A stretch of DNA of 64,000 nt from Phycisphaerae bacterium (GTDB taxonomy: Bacteria; Planctomycetota; Phycisphaerae; UBA1845): assembly GCA_963666835.2 (NCBI GenBank), contig CAXXGO010000006.1, forward strand, positions 672,001-736,000. The letters are read 5' to 3'. A program made the translations under genes and the position numbers. The notes under the pieces were generated by a model. That model did no database searches. It was not told the origin of the DNA and was given only the letters and a program-made list of their open reading frames with translations. Below are positions 19,878 through 29,998 of the stretch, one piece after another. How positions within the stretch are numbered: the stretch's first letter is position 1; the number at the start of each line of letters is the position of its first letter.

Positions 19878-20032
19878 GTAGGGCAGGTCGAGGTACGAGA
19901 CCTGCCACAGAGGCGCGCGTCGCGCTAGGGCCTGTTCCAACCCGACAGATGCCGGTATGGGGCACCCGCCAGGGCGAAGGTGTGGAGCGCCCGTCTTTTT
20001 GCGGCAGGTCTCGTTCCTCGACCGTGCCCTAC
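19878..20032. repeat. Inverted pair of GTAG REP palindromes (19878-19906 +, 20003-20032 -)
   Basis: GTAG-GGCAGGTC-GAGGTACGA-GACCTGCC and a reverse-complement copy, between convergent genes. Confidence 0.85.
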
Positions 20033-20039
20033 GAAAACG

Positions 20040-20897
20040 CTACTGGCCCACGACAACGATGCCGGCCTTGTCGGCGGCGGCGAGCATTTCCTCGCGATCG
20101 ACCACGAACGTCTTGCCGGCCTCGATCACGAGCATCTTGGCGCCGTGCTTGTGGAGTTTGGCAATGGTCTCGGGTCCGACGGTGGGGACATCGAAACGCA
20201 TGTCCTGGTCGGGCTTGGCGACCTTGACGAGGGTCCAGCCGCCGTTTCGGCAAAGATCTCCGGCCCGTTCGATCATCCGGTCGGTGCCTTCGATGGCCTC
20301 TACGGCGATGACTTCGGTCTCTTTGACGGCGATAGACTGGCCGATGTCGAGCCGGCCCATCTCTTTGGCGATATTCCAGCCGAATTCCGCGTCGCGGGAC
20401 TGGTCGGCTGAGGGTCGGCGGCGGGTCAGCACGCCCGCGGGGGCGAGGTGTTCCTTCGAGTAGTGAATGCAATCCTGCATGATGATCCCATGGTCGGCGA
20501 ACTCGTCCGCGACGGCGGAGAGCACCGAGTCGTTACGCTTGTCTTTGAGCTTCAGAAACCAGAGTTTGAAGCCGGTCCAGTCGGGTATGTGTCGCAGAAG
20601 CCGGAACCGTCCGTACATGGCGGTCTTTTTCACCGACCCGGCCAGGATCACGTTATCGGTGCGTTGGCGCGTGAGTATGCCAATCCACTTACCCAGCCGG
20701 GCGAGGCCGGCCCAGCGGAAGACGTCCGCCCGGCGGGCGAGATCCGGATCGGCCAGGCCGCTCAGCCCGATGACCGTAACATGACACCCGGCGCGCTGCG
20801 CGCCGCTAAGCACCATAAAGGGAAACCGGCCGGCGCCGGCAATGATCCCGAGCCGCGGTGCCGGAGAACTGTCATCAACTGGAGCATTCTGGTTCAT
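20040..20897 (-). CDS. lpxI: UDP-2,3-diacylglucosamine diphosphatase LpxI
   Basis: LGIIAGAGRFP, DIGQSIAV, AVEAIEGTDRMI, KVAKPDQDMRFDVPTVG. Confidence 0.92.
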   Translation of the reverse strand: MNQNAPVDDSSPAPRLGIIAGAGRFPFMVLSGAQRAGCHVTVIGLSGLADPDLARRADVFRWAGLARLGKWIGILTRQRTDNVILAGSVKKTAMYGRFRLLRHIPDWTGFKLWFLKLKDKRNDSVLSAVADEFADHGIIMQDCIHYSKEHLAPAGVLTRRRPSADQSRDAEFGWNIAKEMGRLDIGQSIAVKETEVIAVEAIEGTDRMIERAGDLCRNGGWTLVKVAKPDQDMRFDVPTVGPETIAKLHKHGAKMLVIEAGKTFVVDREEMLAAADKAGIVVVGQ

Positions 20898-20956
20898 ACT
20901 GGATCGACCGAAGTCATCCTCGGCTGTCGAGTCGGCATTCCGCTCGGCAGTGTACC

Positions 20957-21245
20957 TGCACTGCTCAAGAGCAGTGGCACATCCAACAGGGGCCAACAAG
21001 TTGGCCCATGCCACCCTGCTTGCACTGCTCAAGGGCAGTGGCACACGGCGAGAATGGGTGTCGGGTGGCCCACCTCGTTAGCGCAGCGCTGAGGTGGGGG
21101 AGCCGGTGATCCGAGCTTCTCGCTGCTAGTGTCCACATGATGCCACTACACGGGCCAACAAGTTGGCCCAGTTGGCCCATGCCACCCTTTCTGCACTGCT
21201 CAAGAGCAGTGGCACACCCGCCACGGGCCAACAAGTCGGCCCATG
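20957..21245. repeat. BIME-like mosaic of two alternating palindromes (GCACTGCTCAAGAGCAGTGGCACA x3; GGGCCAACAAGTTGGCCCATG x3)
   Basis: Copies at 20957, 21021 and 21192, and at 20990, 21152 and 21225. Confidence 0.88.
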
Positions 21246-21254
21246 TCATACGAG

Positions 21255-22325
21255 TCAGCCTGTGTCACCAGTCTGGCTCTCGAGCTTGGAGCGCAGCTCG
21301 CGCACGTTCCGCTCCAGGTCTTTTACGCGCTGCATCCACTTGCTTGCGCTGTGTTGGGCGACCGCCAGACGCCGCCACTCGCCGGCCGGGAGGGCCGGGT
21401 AGCCCAGTACGGTCGCACCCGGCTCAACATCCTGAACGATAGCCGTTCCGCCGCCGGCGGTTACGTTATCTCCCACCTTCAGATGACCGCCCACGCCGAC
21501 CTGACCCGCCAGGGTCACGTGCCGTCCGACGGTGGCTGAGCCGGCAATACCGACGAGCCCGACCAGCATACAATCGGGTCCGATCTTGGCGCCGTGCCCG
21601 ATTACCACAGCGTTCCCGAACTTCGTACCGTCGCCGATCTCAGTTTGTCCCAGAGTCGCCCGGTCGATTGCGCAGTTGGCCCCGATCTCAACGTCGTTTC
21701 CAATGAACGCCCGCCCGACCTGGGGGATCTTGATCCACTTCTCGCCGTGCGGGGCGTAGCCCAACCCGTCCTGCCCGATGACCGAGCCGGCGTGGACCGT
21801 TACGCGGTCGCCCAGCACGCAATGATCGTACACCACGACGTTGGGAAACAAGACGCAATCGTCGCCGATCCGGGCACCGGGAGCGATGTAGCAGCCGGGG
21901 TAGATCGTGCAGTCGGACCCTATAGTGACCCCGGCCGCGATGGTGGCTCCGGCGGCGATATTGGGGTTGTCTCCGATCGTCGCTTCCGGATCGATAACCG
22001 CCCTGGGGCTGAGCCCCCATTGGGGATGCCGCCGGTAGCCGTGCAATGCGATAATCGCCACCGTAACCGCGGCATAGGGATCCGCACAGCGAATGGCCGA
22101 GACCCCGGACGGCAGGTCTATTCCATCGCGCAAGATCACCGCGGATGCCTTGGTCCGCGCGACGGCCTCAGCATACTTGGGGTTCGAGAGAAAGCTCACC
22201 TCGCCCGCACCGGCGCCCTCAAGTGCGTTGACCGCCTTAACGGTCAGATCCTCACCCTCGACGCGGGCGGCGAACCCGTAATCGCCGCAGGTCTTGCACA
22301 GTTGGCTGAGTTTCAATCCGGTCAC
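21255..22325 (-). CDS. lpxD: UDP-3-O-acyl-glucosamine N-acyltransferase
   Basis: SFLSNPKY, hexapeptide repeats, GQDGLGY, IPQVG, EIGANCAIDR. Confidence 0.95.
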   Translation of the reverse strand: MTGLKLSQLCKTCGDYGFAARVEGEDLTVKAVNALEGAGAGEVSFLSNPKYAEAVARTKASAVILRDGIDLPSGVSAIRCADPYAAVTVAIIALHGYRRHPQWGLSPRAVIDPEATIGDNPNIAAGATIAAGVTIGSDCTIYPGCYIAPGARIGDDCVLFPNVVVYDHCVLGDRVTVHAGSVIGQDGLGYAPHGEKWIKIPQVGRAFIGNDVEIGANCAIDRATLGQTEIGDGTKFGNAVVIGHGAKIGPDCMLVGLVGIAGSATVGRHVTLAGQVGVGGHLKVGDNVTAGGGTAIVQDVEPGATVLGYPALPAGEWRRLAVAQHSASKWMQRVKDLERNVRELRSKLESQTGDTG

Positions 22326-22452
22326 GCGGCAGATCCAATTGCTGCACTGTAAAACGCTTTCAGGCTACGGCGAGCATTGTACGGACGCGGTTTCGAGACT
22401 GTCAAACGAGGGAACCCGCTTGCGGATGCCGTTGCCCTGCCGCGGTGGCTTG

Positions 22453-23166
22453 TCAGCCAGCCACCGCGCCCACGGCCAGCAGGCCTACATTATAGGCCGC
22501 GTGGCAGCCCGCAGCAGAGCCGTAGCCCCGAAACCAGAAGATAAGAGCCAGGTAGGCCCCGGCGATGGCTCGAAAAGCGAAGCTGGTCCAATCGAACAAG
22601 TCCACCCCGATCGGCTGGTAGTGATGCGCCGCAAACAGCAATGCGGAGATCGCAATCGCCGCCAAGGCGACGCTGGCACGCTTGAACCGGAACAGATCCA
22701 CGCCGACCATTACAATCAGCGAGATCAGAATCAGCCTGAAGACCAGTTCTTCGTAAATGCCGGCGCCGATCCCGAACGCTAACTCGCCGACCAGACCCGG
22801 CGCGTTTCCGCCGGATGCCTGGAGCGGGATTGCCCAATTCAGAGCCAACAGCGGGACGGCCGCGACGACCGCTTCGACGTACATGAGCCCGACTCGGGTC
22901 CAGCGAATTCGCCAGTTCTCTCCCGAGGCGACTTGCGTGGCCAACAGGATCACAACGATCCCCACGCCCGGCGCCCACATTCCGACGTGGCCAAACAGCT
23001 CGAAGAACCGCCGCAGCAGATCGAACGCGATCACCCGATCCGGATGAGCCACCGAGGCCAGTTCGTAGAAGACGATTAGGGGGAGCAGGAACGCCAGTGC
23101 ATCCAGCGGTCGCGCAAGCAGCCTACGTTGCTCAGCGCGGGTCGATGATGGTTGTTGCTGGGCCAT
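22453..23166 (-). CDS. CPBP (CAAX/Abi) family intramembrane metalloprotease
   Basis: YEELVFR, FAAHH and HAAYN motifs; multiple TM segments. Confidence 0.88.
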   Translation of the reverse strand: MAQQQPSSTRAEQRRLLARPLDALAFLLPLIVFYELASVAHPDRVIAFDLLRRFFELFGHVGMWAPGVGIVVILLATQVASGENWRIRWTRVGLMYVEAVVAAVPLLALNWAIPLQASGGNAPGLVGELAFGIGAGIYEELVFRLILISLIVMVGVDLFRFKRASVALAAIAISALLFAAHHYQPIGVDLFDWTSFAFRAIAGAYLALIFWFRGYGSAAGCHAAYNVGLLAVGAVAG

Positions 23167-23446
23167 TAACGGCGTATCGTGGCGACTCGCGACCGAGATG
23201 CAAGAGTGTGCGTCCCCCGAGGTTGCCTCTCGTGCTGCTTCGAGAGAGGTCGTCCAAGACCTTCCCCCCTTGGCAAGGGGGGGATCGAGGGGGCGCATGC
23301 CGACGGAGAAGGCCCTCCCCCGGCCCCTCCTCGGTAAGGAGGGGACGAAGAAACGCGGCTACGTTCTTGGAGACGGCACGGTCAGGCTGGAGGTTTGTGT
23401 TGCGGGAGGCGCGCTGGAAGCCTGCGTTACGGGGCTGGCCTGTGAA

Positions 23447-24112
23447 ATGACTCTGACAGCCGCCAAAACGCTGCGCGGAATATACGAACGGCTCTGGGCT
23501 GCGTACGGGCCGCAGCACTGGTGGCCGGCGAAGACCGCAACGGAGGTCGTCGTCGGTGCGATCCTGACGCAGAACACGGCCTGGAAGAACGTCGCGCGGG
23601 CGATCGTCAATCTCAGGAGTGCCCGTTGCCTGACCTGGACTGCTTTGCGTGACGTGGCCGACGACCGACTGGCCGAGCTGATCCAGCCGTCGGGTACGTA
23701 CAAGGTGAAGACCAGGCGGCTTAAGGCGTTCGTTGATGTTCTATGGAACAAGCACGGCGGCTCCCTTGGGACGATGCTGCGCGGGGATCTGCAGGATGTC
23801 CGGAAGCGACTCCTGGGTATTCATGGGATCGGCCCGGAGACAGCCGACGCAATTCTGCTTTACGCGGGGACCCGTCCGACTTTCGTCGTCGACGCGTACA
23901 CCAAGCGGATCTTGCGTCGCCACCATGTCATCGACCGTAAGGCAGGCTATGAAACGGTTCGGAACTTGTTTCAGGAAGCGATCCCGCCCGATGTCACCGT
24001 GTACAATGAGTTCCACGCCTTGCTGGTGGCGCTGGCGAAGAGACACTGCCGAGTCCGCGCCGTTTGCGAAGGCTGTCCCCTCGCCGACCTGCGTCATGCG
24101 GCACAGCTTTGA
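23447..24112 (+). CDS. Endonuclease III-like HhH-GPD protein
   Basis: GPQHWWP, GAILTQNT, GIGPETADAI, VVDAYT, C-x6-C-x2-C. Confidence 0.9.
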   Translation: MTLTAAKTLRGIYERLWAAYGPQHWWPAKTATEVVVGAILTQNTAWKNVARAIVNLRSARCLTWTALRDVADDRLAELIQPSGTYKVKTRRLKAFVDVLWNKHGGSLGTMLRGDLQDVRKRLLGIHGIGPETADAILLYAGTRPTFVVDAYTKRILRRHHVIDRKAGYETVRNLFQEAIPPDVTVYNEFHALLVALAKRHCRVRAVCEGCPLADLRHAAQL

Positions 24113-24218
24113 GAGGGTGCCCCATCCATTCCGGCGTTTGTTGGCGGGGTGCCCCATCCATTCCGGCGCGGGCGAACTTGGGACAACCGCGCCATTTCCC
24201 CGCCGGAATGGGTGGGGG

Positions 24219-26145
24219 GAAAGCGCCGGTAAGCCGGTGAGGAGTAGTGGATGAGAGAGCCATACGGTGAAGGAATAGCGAACCACACCGACCCCGAGTC
24301 ATACTGTGGTGTCCGCAAGGGCATGGCGGGAGCGTTGACAGGGGCACGTGCGGGCCGGCCATTGAGCCGTGAAAGCCTTTTACTCCGGAGTGCCGACGCC
24401 GTCCCCCAAGGCGGAAGGCAACACCGGAGGGCGTCGTTAACGCGAGACGCCTTTCGGACTCCGCGCGGTCTTAGAACCCGAGCACGCACGGAAACTCCTC
24501 ACGCGGAACCCGGGAGATCCCGCGTTCGGCCTCGAACATGGCATCGAGGTCCGCAGTGTGAATCCATAGGAGCACGACACTGATGCACGGGCGCGGGAAG
24601 TCGGACAGGCCCATAGTACCGAAGAAGACTGCGAACAACGGTGATCCCCCGGCGGGGAGGTCGTCCGCGGAGCAGTTGGAGGAAAGGGGCCTGGCCAAGG
24701 GCAACTCGATTCGACACGACAGGCACCGTACGCAGAGCCGGGATCGTCTGCAAAGCGGGTTGGATCGGGTACGACAGGCAGCGGTAAAGGATAAGGATTT
24801 ACAGTTCACCACGCTTTGGCACCATGTCTATGATGTCGCTCGCCTCCGGGAGGCGTACTTGAGCCTCAAGCATGCTTCGGCACCGGGGATGGACGGCATG
24901 ACATGGGAGGCGTACGGCAGGGACCTAGAAGAACACCTCTTGGATCTGTCGGCACGTCTACAGCGCGGAGCGTACCGAGCGAGGCCGGTCAAGCGGGTCT
25001 ACATTCCGAAACCCGATGGACGGCAGAGACCAATAGGGATTCCCGTGTTGGAAGACAAGATCGTCCAACGGGCGATGACCGATGTGCTCTCGGCTGTCTA
25101 CGAGGCAGACTTCCTCGGGTTCTCCTACGGATTTCGACCAGGACGGGACGCCCATCAGGCGTTAAGTGCCCTGACTGTCGGCATCGAGAGGAAGAAGGTG
25201 AATTGGGTGCTGGATGCAGACATTCGTGGATTCTTCGATGCCATAGACCACGATTGGCTGATCAAGTTCGTCGAGCACCGGATCGCAGACCAGCGTGTCG
25301 TGCGTCACGTGAAGAAGTGGCTGAACGCCGGCGTGCTGGAGGACGGGTGTCGAAGGGACACGGAGACGGGGACGCCGCAGGGGGGCAGTATCAGCCCGCT
25401 ATTGGCGAACATCTATCTCCATTACGCCTTCGACTTGTGGGCCCGCCAATGGCGACGGACGCAAGCTCACGGAGATGTGATTATCGTGAGATATGCGGAC
25501 GACTTCGTGGTGGGATTTCAACAGCGAGAGGATGCCGAGCGGTTTCGGGATGAGCTGACGGATCGCCTCCGGAAGTTCAAGCTGGAGCTACATGCGGACA
25601 AGACTCGTCTGATTGAGTTCGGCCGTTTTGCGTCGACCAATCGCAAGCGAGAAGGCCGCGGCAAACCGGCGACCTTCGAGTTTCTGGGTTTTCGCCACAT
25701 CTGTGGCAAGACCCGGCGTGGGAGGTTCACGGTACTACGGCAGACTGTCGCGAAACGACGGCGTGCGAAGCTCAAAGCGATTAAGCAAGAGCTTCGGCGA
25801 CGTATGCATGCCCCCGTCCGAGAGGTGGGCGCGTATTTGCGGGCGGTGGTTCGCGGGTACTATCAGTATTATGCGGTACCGCGGAACTACCCGGCCTTAA
25901 CGGCATTTCGGGATGAGGTTGTCCGTCTTTGGCGCTGGACGCTCCGGCGTCGCAGCGAGAAGACTCGGATTACCTGGGCCCGCATGAACCGTTTGGCCAA
26001 GCAGTGGATACCTGCTCCCAAAATCCTACATCCTTACCCCGACCGACACCTGGCCGTTATGACCCAAGGCAGGAGCCCAGTGCGGTAGTCCCGCACGCTG
26101 GGATCTGTGGAGGGGGTCCCGGGTAACCGGGATTCCTACTCCGAC
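24219..26145 (+). mobile_element. Group II intron, copy 3
   Basis: Same sequence and same TGGGGG^ACGGAC insertion site. Confidence 0.93.
24583..26088 (+). CDS. ltrA: Group II intron reverse transcriptase/maturase
   Basis: Identical 501-aa protein. Confidence 0.97.
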   Translation: MHGRGKSDRPIVPKKTANNGDPPAGRSSAEQLEERGLAKGNSIRHDRHRTQSRDRLQSGLDRVRQAAVKDKDLQFTTLWHHVYDVARLREAYLSLKHASAPGMDGMTWEAYGRDLEEHLLDLSARLQRGAYRARPVKRVYIPKPDGRQRPIGIPVLEDKIVQRAMTDVLSAVYEADFLGFSYGFRPGRDAHQALSALTVGIERKKVNWVLDADIRGFFDAIDHDWLIKFVEHRIADQRVVRHVKKWLNAGVLEDGCRRDTETGTPQGGSISPLLANIYLHYAFDLWARQWRRTQAHGDVIIVRYADDFVVGFQQREDAERFRDELTDRLRKFKLELHADKTRLIEFGRFASTNRKREGRGKPATFEFLGFRHICGKTRRGRFTVLRQTVAKRRRAKLKAIKQELRRRMHAPVREVGAYLRAVVRGYYQYYAVPRNYPALTAFRDEVVRLWRWTLRRRSEKTRITWARMNRLAKQWIPAPKILHPYPDRHLAVMTQGRSPVR

Positions 26146-26531
26146 ACGGACAGAGATCCGAAAGCCACTCGCATTCCGCAATCGATTCCCTACCTATTGT
26201 TCAACCCGCTTCGGGGTTGGTGCGGGAGGGGTTCGGTGACCCAAGGTGGCACTAAAGCGGCTACGCCGCTTCGTTTACCCTGGGCTATGTTGTTAAACGC
26301 CTTCGGCGTAAGTTCTTAACAGGCGCGGCGTGCAAAGATACATCATGGATCAGCTCCACGGGTCAACGGGTTGACACACGTCACCTGCACTCAATCGGCC
26401 TTTGTGGCAGGTCTCGTTCCTCGACCGTGCCCTACGATGCGGTACGGTTCAGTGCCTCGACGCCCGGCGGTCCGCACAGCGGACCCTATCCCGCTCAATC
26501 ATGCAGACAGGATGTCTACGCTACGAGACTG

Positions 26532-27665
26532 CTAGTGGCCGCGGCTGCGCCCAACCAGGCCGGAGGAAGCGGTCGAGATACCCTTGACGGCCGAGCTGAG
26601 TCCCTCGCGATTCGGGGCGTACTCCATCGCCGTATCGTAGTGGACCTTTTCTTGTTCGATCAGCTCGCACAATGAGAACGTGAACGAGCGCATGCCGTCC
26701 TCTTTGGAAGATGCGATGATCGAGGCAAGATCATCGTCTTCTTCACGGCAGATCTTGTCCTTGACGACCGTGTTGTTGAGCAGGACCTCGGTAGCGGGGA
26801 ACTGGGTCCCCTTATCGATGCCCGGCAAGAGCTTCTGACAGAGAATCGCCTTCAGGCTGGTTGATAGCGAGGAGCGAATGAACGCGTGTTGTTGCCGCGG
26901 GAAGAATTCCATAATACGGTTGAAGGTCTGGGGGGCGTCGCTGCAGTGCAAAGAGCCCAGCACGAGATGACCGGTCTCCGCCGCCTGCAACGCGGCCAGC
27001 ATCGTCTCCCGGTCACGTAACTCGCCGATCATTATGCAGTCCGGGTCCTGCCGGACCACGAAGCGGAGGGCCTTCTCGAAATCGGGCACGTCGATACCGA
27101 TCTCCCGTTGTGAGATGATGGATTTCTTCGGAGTGAACATGAACTCGACCGGGTCTTCGATGGTGATTATGTGCATATTGCGAGTTTGATTGATGTGTTC
27201 GAGCATCGCCGCCATCGTGCTGCTCTTGCCGCATCCGGTAATCCCGCTGATCAGGATCAGACCCTCGACCTGCTTGCTGGCCACGGTTGTATAGATCTCA
27301 GGCAGATGCAGATCACTAAACGTGGGAACCTCGTTTTGCACCCTCCGGATCGCGACGTGCAGTTCACTTCCTGAACGGAACGCATTGATCCGATAGCGGT
27401 CTCCGGTCGCCCCGCGGGCCGAGAAATCCAGATCTTTATGCGCATCGAAATCCTCGATGCGGCTTTCCGGGACCATGCCGCGCACCATGGCCTCGATGAA
27501 CTCGCTGTCATTCAAAGGCGCCATGTCCACTTTGCGGAGGTTGCCCGCAATGCGATAGTACGGGGCGTACCGGGTCTTCAAATGGAGGTCCGAGGCGTCA
27601 AGCTGTCCCATGCTGGCCAACAGCTTGTCCATCGTCTCCTGGGGCGTCAGTGATTGTGCAGTCAC
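26532..27665 (-). CDS. PilT/PilU-family type IV pilus retraction ATPase
   Basis: ASDLHL, Walker A GITGCGKS, TIEDPVE, RQDPD..IGELRD, AETGHLV; GTG start after GGAG. Confidence 0.92.
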   Translation of the reverse strand: MTAQSLTPQETMDKLLASMGQLDASDLHLKTRYAPYYRIAGNLRKVDMAPLNDSEFIEAMVRGMVPESRIEDFDAHKDLDFSARGATGDRYRINAFRSGSELHVAIRRVQNEVPTFSDLHLPEIYTTVASKQVEGLILISGITGCGKSSTMAAMLEHINQTRNMHIITIEDPVEFMFTPKKSIISQREIGIDVPDFEKALRFVVRQDPDCIMIGELRDRETMLAALQAAETGHLVLGSLHCSDAPQTFNRIMEFFPRQQHAFIRSSLSTSLKAILCQKLLPGIDKGTQFPATEVLLNNTVVKDKICREEDDDLASIIASSKEDGMRSFTFSLCELIEQEKVHYDTAMEYAPNREGLSSAVKGISTASSGLVGRSRGH

Positions 27666-27934
27666 TTTCTTACTCCCAAACAGTAAAGGCCGTCGGCCTG
27701 AGAACCGATTCCTGCCGGTATGCCGGGGTTCCACACCTGCCGGGTCCCCATGCCGGCTCTGGCGCAAGACAATCGTTACCGGCTTGGCTTGGCTTGCCGA
27801 ACCTGGGCCGGCCCGTCCATTCTACTTCCCCCGATTTGTCCAATCAAACAGAGGCCAATTGACGTCTGCGGGGGTGGATCGATAAAGTCTGCAAGAAGAA
27901 GGGGCTTGCCAGCGATCAGAGGATGGAGTAGCGG

Positions 27935-28243
27935 ATGCCCACACGTAAGCAGATCGAGCAACTGCTGGCCGCGGAGCCGGATGATCTCTTCCTCAACTTT
28001 GGCTTGGCGGTGGAGCTGGCCAAAGAGGGGTTGGTCGATGACGCCTTGATGCGATTCAACCGCGTTCTTGAGCTTGACCCAAGCTACACGGCCGCCCATC
28101 GGCAGATGGGTACGCTGTTGATCCTCGCCGGACGCCGCGACGATGCCCGAGTTGTGCTGACACGAGGAATCGCGGCGGCCCAACAGGCCGACGATGGGCA
28201 CGGCGCCCGCGAAATGCGGCGCCTTCTCGACAGTATCCCGTGA
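27935..28243 (+). CDS. Small TPR protein
   Basis: EPDDLFLNFGLA, LELDPSYTAA TPR pattern; GGAG RBS. Confidence 0.8.
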   Translation: MPTRKQIEQLLAAEPDDLFLNFGLAVELAKEGLVDDALMRFNRVLELDPSYTAAHRQMGTLLILAGRRDDARVVLTRGIAAAQQADDGHGAREMRRLLDSIP

Positions 28244-28395
28244 TCGGGTCCCGGGGAGGTTACTTTCCGGGGTTGATTCCACGACGGGGTGTCCAGCAAG
28301 CCCTGGTCGGGGGCGTCGCCGGGCGGTGTGGGGAATCGCCCGGAGTTGCGTAGCGTGCTGCGCCGCCGAACCCTGCAGAACACGGAGGAAAAGGC

Positions 28396-29529
28396 GTGAT
28401 CACCATTATCGCCGCATGCCCTGCGTGTCACCAGGAGCTCCCAATCGAACTGGACGAACCGCCGGGACGTGACCGTGGCATTGTGGTTACTTGCGATCAC
28501 TGCGGTGTAACGAGAAGCCTACGAGCCTATCGGCGCGAATACGCCCGGCAGATCGTCGCGCAGAACCGGCGGCGGCAAGAAGAGGCGATTGCCCACGCCA
28601 CCACCGAACAACAACGTCTACAGAGGATTGCGGCCCAAGCTGCCAATGCCGCGCGGGAGGCCGCACTGCGCACCGCGGCAGCGGCTCTTGCCGAACGGGC
28701 GAATCCGGCGCCGGTGCGAAGGACCGGTTCTGCCGGAGTGCCGTGGAGGAATCGGCGCGGACTCAAGACCCCAGCGTTCGTCGGGGCCGGGGCCGCCGTG
28801 CTGGCATTGGTCGCGGTCACGGCTTTCTGGGCGACTCGAACGGAGCCTGTGGAGACAGGAGCCAAGGCCGAACTCCCCTTGCCACCGGACATAGCCGACT
28901 GGGATCAGCCGCAAACCTCGGACGCCAAGTCGGCGGCAGAATCGCACTATGATCTGCTACGGGCTATGGCCCAACAGTTGTCAGCCCGAGACTACCGGGA
29001 CGCCAATGGCCGACAGATAGATACAAGTCAGGCCTTGGGCATGGTAATCGGCGGAGCCGGCCGGCTCTGCAAACCCGGTGCGTTGCCTTTCGAGATCGAG
29101 TGGCGGCTTAACGCCGGGCTGACGGGTGCCGATCCGGTTAGTTCGCTGACTGTCGGAGAGGAAGGACGGCGATACGGTGAGGATCTCTTCGGGGCAGCGC
29201 GCAACGAGTGGGCGGGTCTTCCAACTGCGGCAGGCGTAGCGCCCGATGGATTCGTGGCGGCCGGGGTCGAGGTCCTCGAGACCGCCGACCAGGCAATGCG
29301 CGACGGGGCTCGCATGGAGCGACCGAACGAGTACGGCTGGCAGTACTGTTACGTTGCCGAAAAGCGGTTGGGTGATTACTTCTTCAAGTGTACGATTCGG
29401 GACACCATCGAATCGGACATTTGGGAAACGAAGCCCGGGAGCCGGATTGTCTTGGAGTTCACGTTCGATCCCGACGTTGCGCCGGATGAGCCCGGGCAGT
29501 TTGCGGATGAGCACGGCGGCGGGCAATAA
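28396..29529 (+). CDS. Hypothetical membrane protein with N-terminal Zn ribbon
   Basis: CPAC..CDHC, coiled coil, one TM segment, C-terminal domain; GGAGG RBS. Confidence 0.7.
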   Translation: MITIIAACPACHQELPIELDEPPGRDRGIVVTCDHCGVTRSLRAYRREYARQIVAQNRRRQEEAIAHATTEQQRLQRIAAQAANAAREAALRTAAAALAERANPAPVRRTGSAGVPWRNRRGLKTPAFVGAGAAVLALVAVTAFWATRTEPVETGAKAELPLPPDIADWDQPQTSDAKSAAESHYDLLRAMAQQLSARDYRDANGRQIDTSQALGMVIGGAGRLCKPGALPFEIEWRLNAGLTGADPVSSLTVGEEGRRYGEDLFGAARNEWAGLPTAAGVAPDGFVAAGVEVLETADQAMRDGARMERPNEYGWQYCYVAEKRLGDYFFKCTIRDTIESDIWETKPGSRIVLEFTFDPDVAPDEPGQFADEHGGGQ

Positions 29530-29998
29530 CAGTGATTGAGACAGCCTCGCCGGTACCGCTCACGCACACGTTATCTGCAGCTTGTTCACATTCGGGCGCG
29601 AGACCGGTGTCGTTTCTGACGAGATCGGTCACGATCTCGCCCTTTTTGCCAGGGAGGTGTACAGAAGGGGGGGATGGCGACGTAGAAGTGTGTTCTCCGG
29701 TGCCGGGGTCTGCGGCCCCGGTAAGACGGGGAGGAGGTGACGCGATCACGTTATTGGAGGAAGCGCCGGGTCGCTCTAACCGGGCGCGCGTCCGATCTTG
29801 TCTATCATCACATGTGAATGGTCCGTATTTCACAGGCAGGGGCGGGCGGGCCGTTCTGCAGAGGTCTTGACAGCACCCTCGCGCAAACGGACCCTTTTCG
29901 CGGTGCTGCAACCTAACGGTGGCGCGTACGTAATAACAAGTGGCGACGCGGAGGGTGCGTCGACGCGAAACAGGTTGGCTATGCAGGTGAGTCCAAAC

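Noticed and set aside
20957..21245. CRISPR array
   Set aside because: Spacing is irregular, the intervening sequences are themselves repeats, the units recur singly elsewhere, and there are no cas genes in the window.
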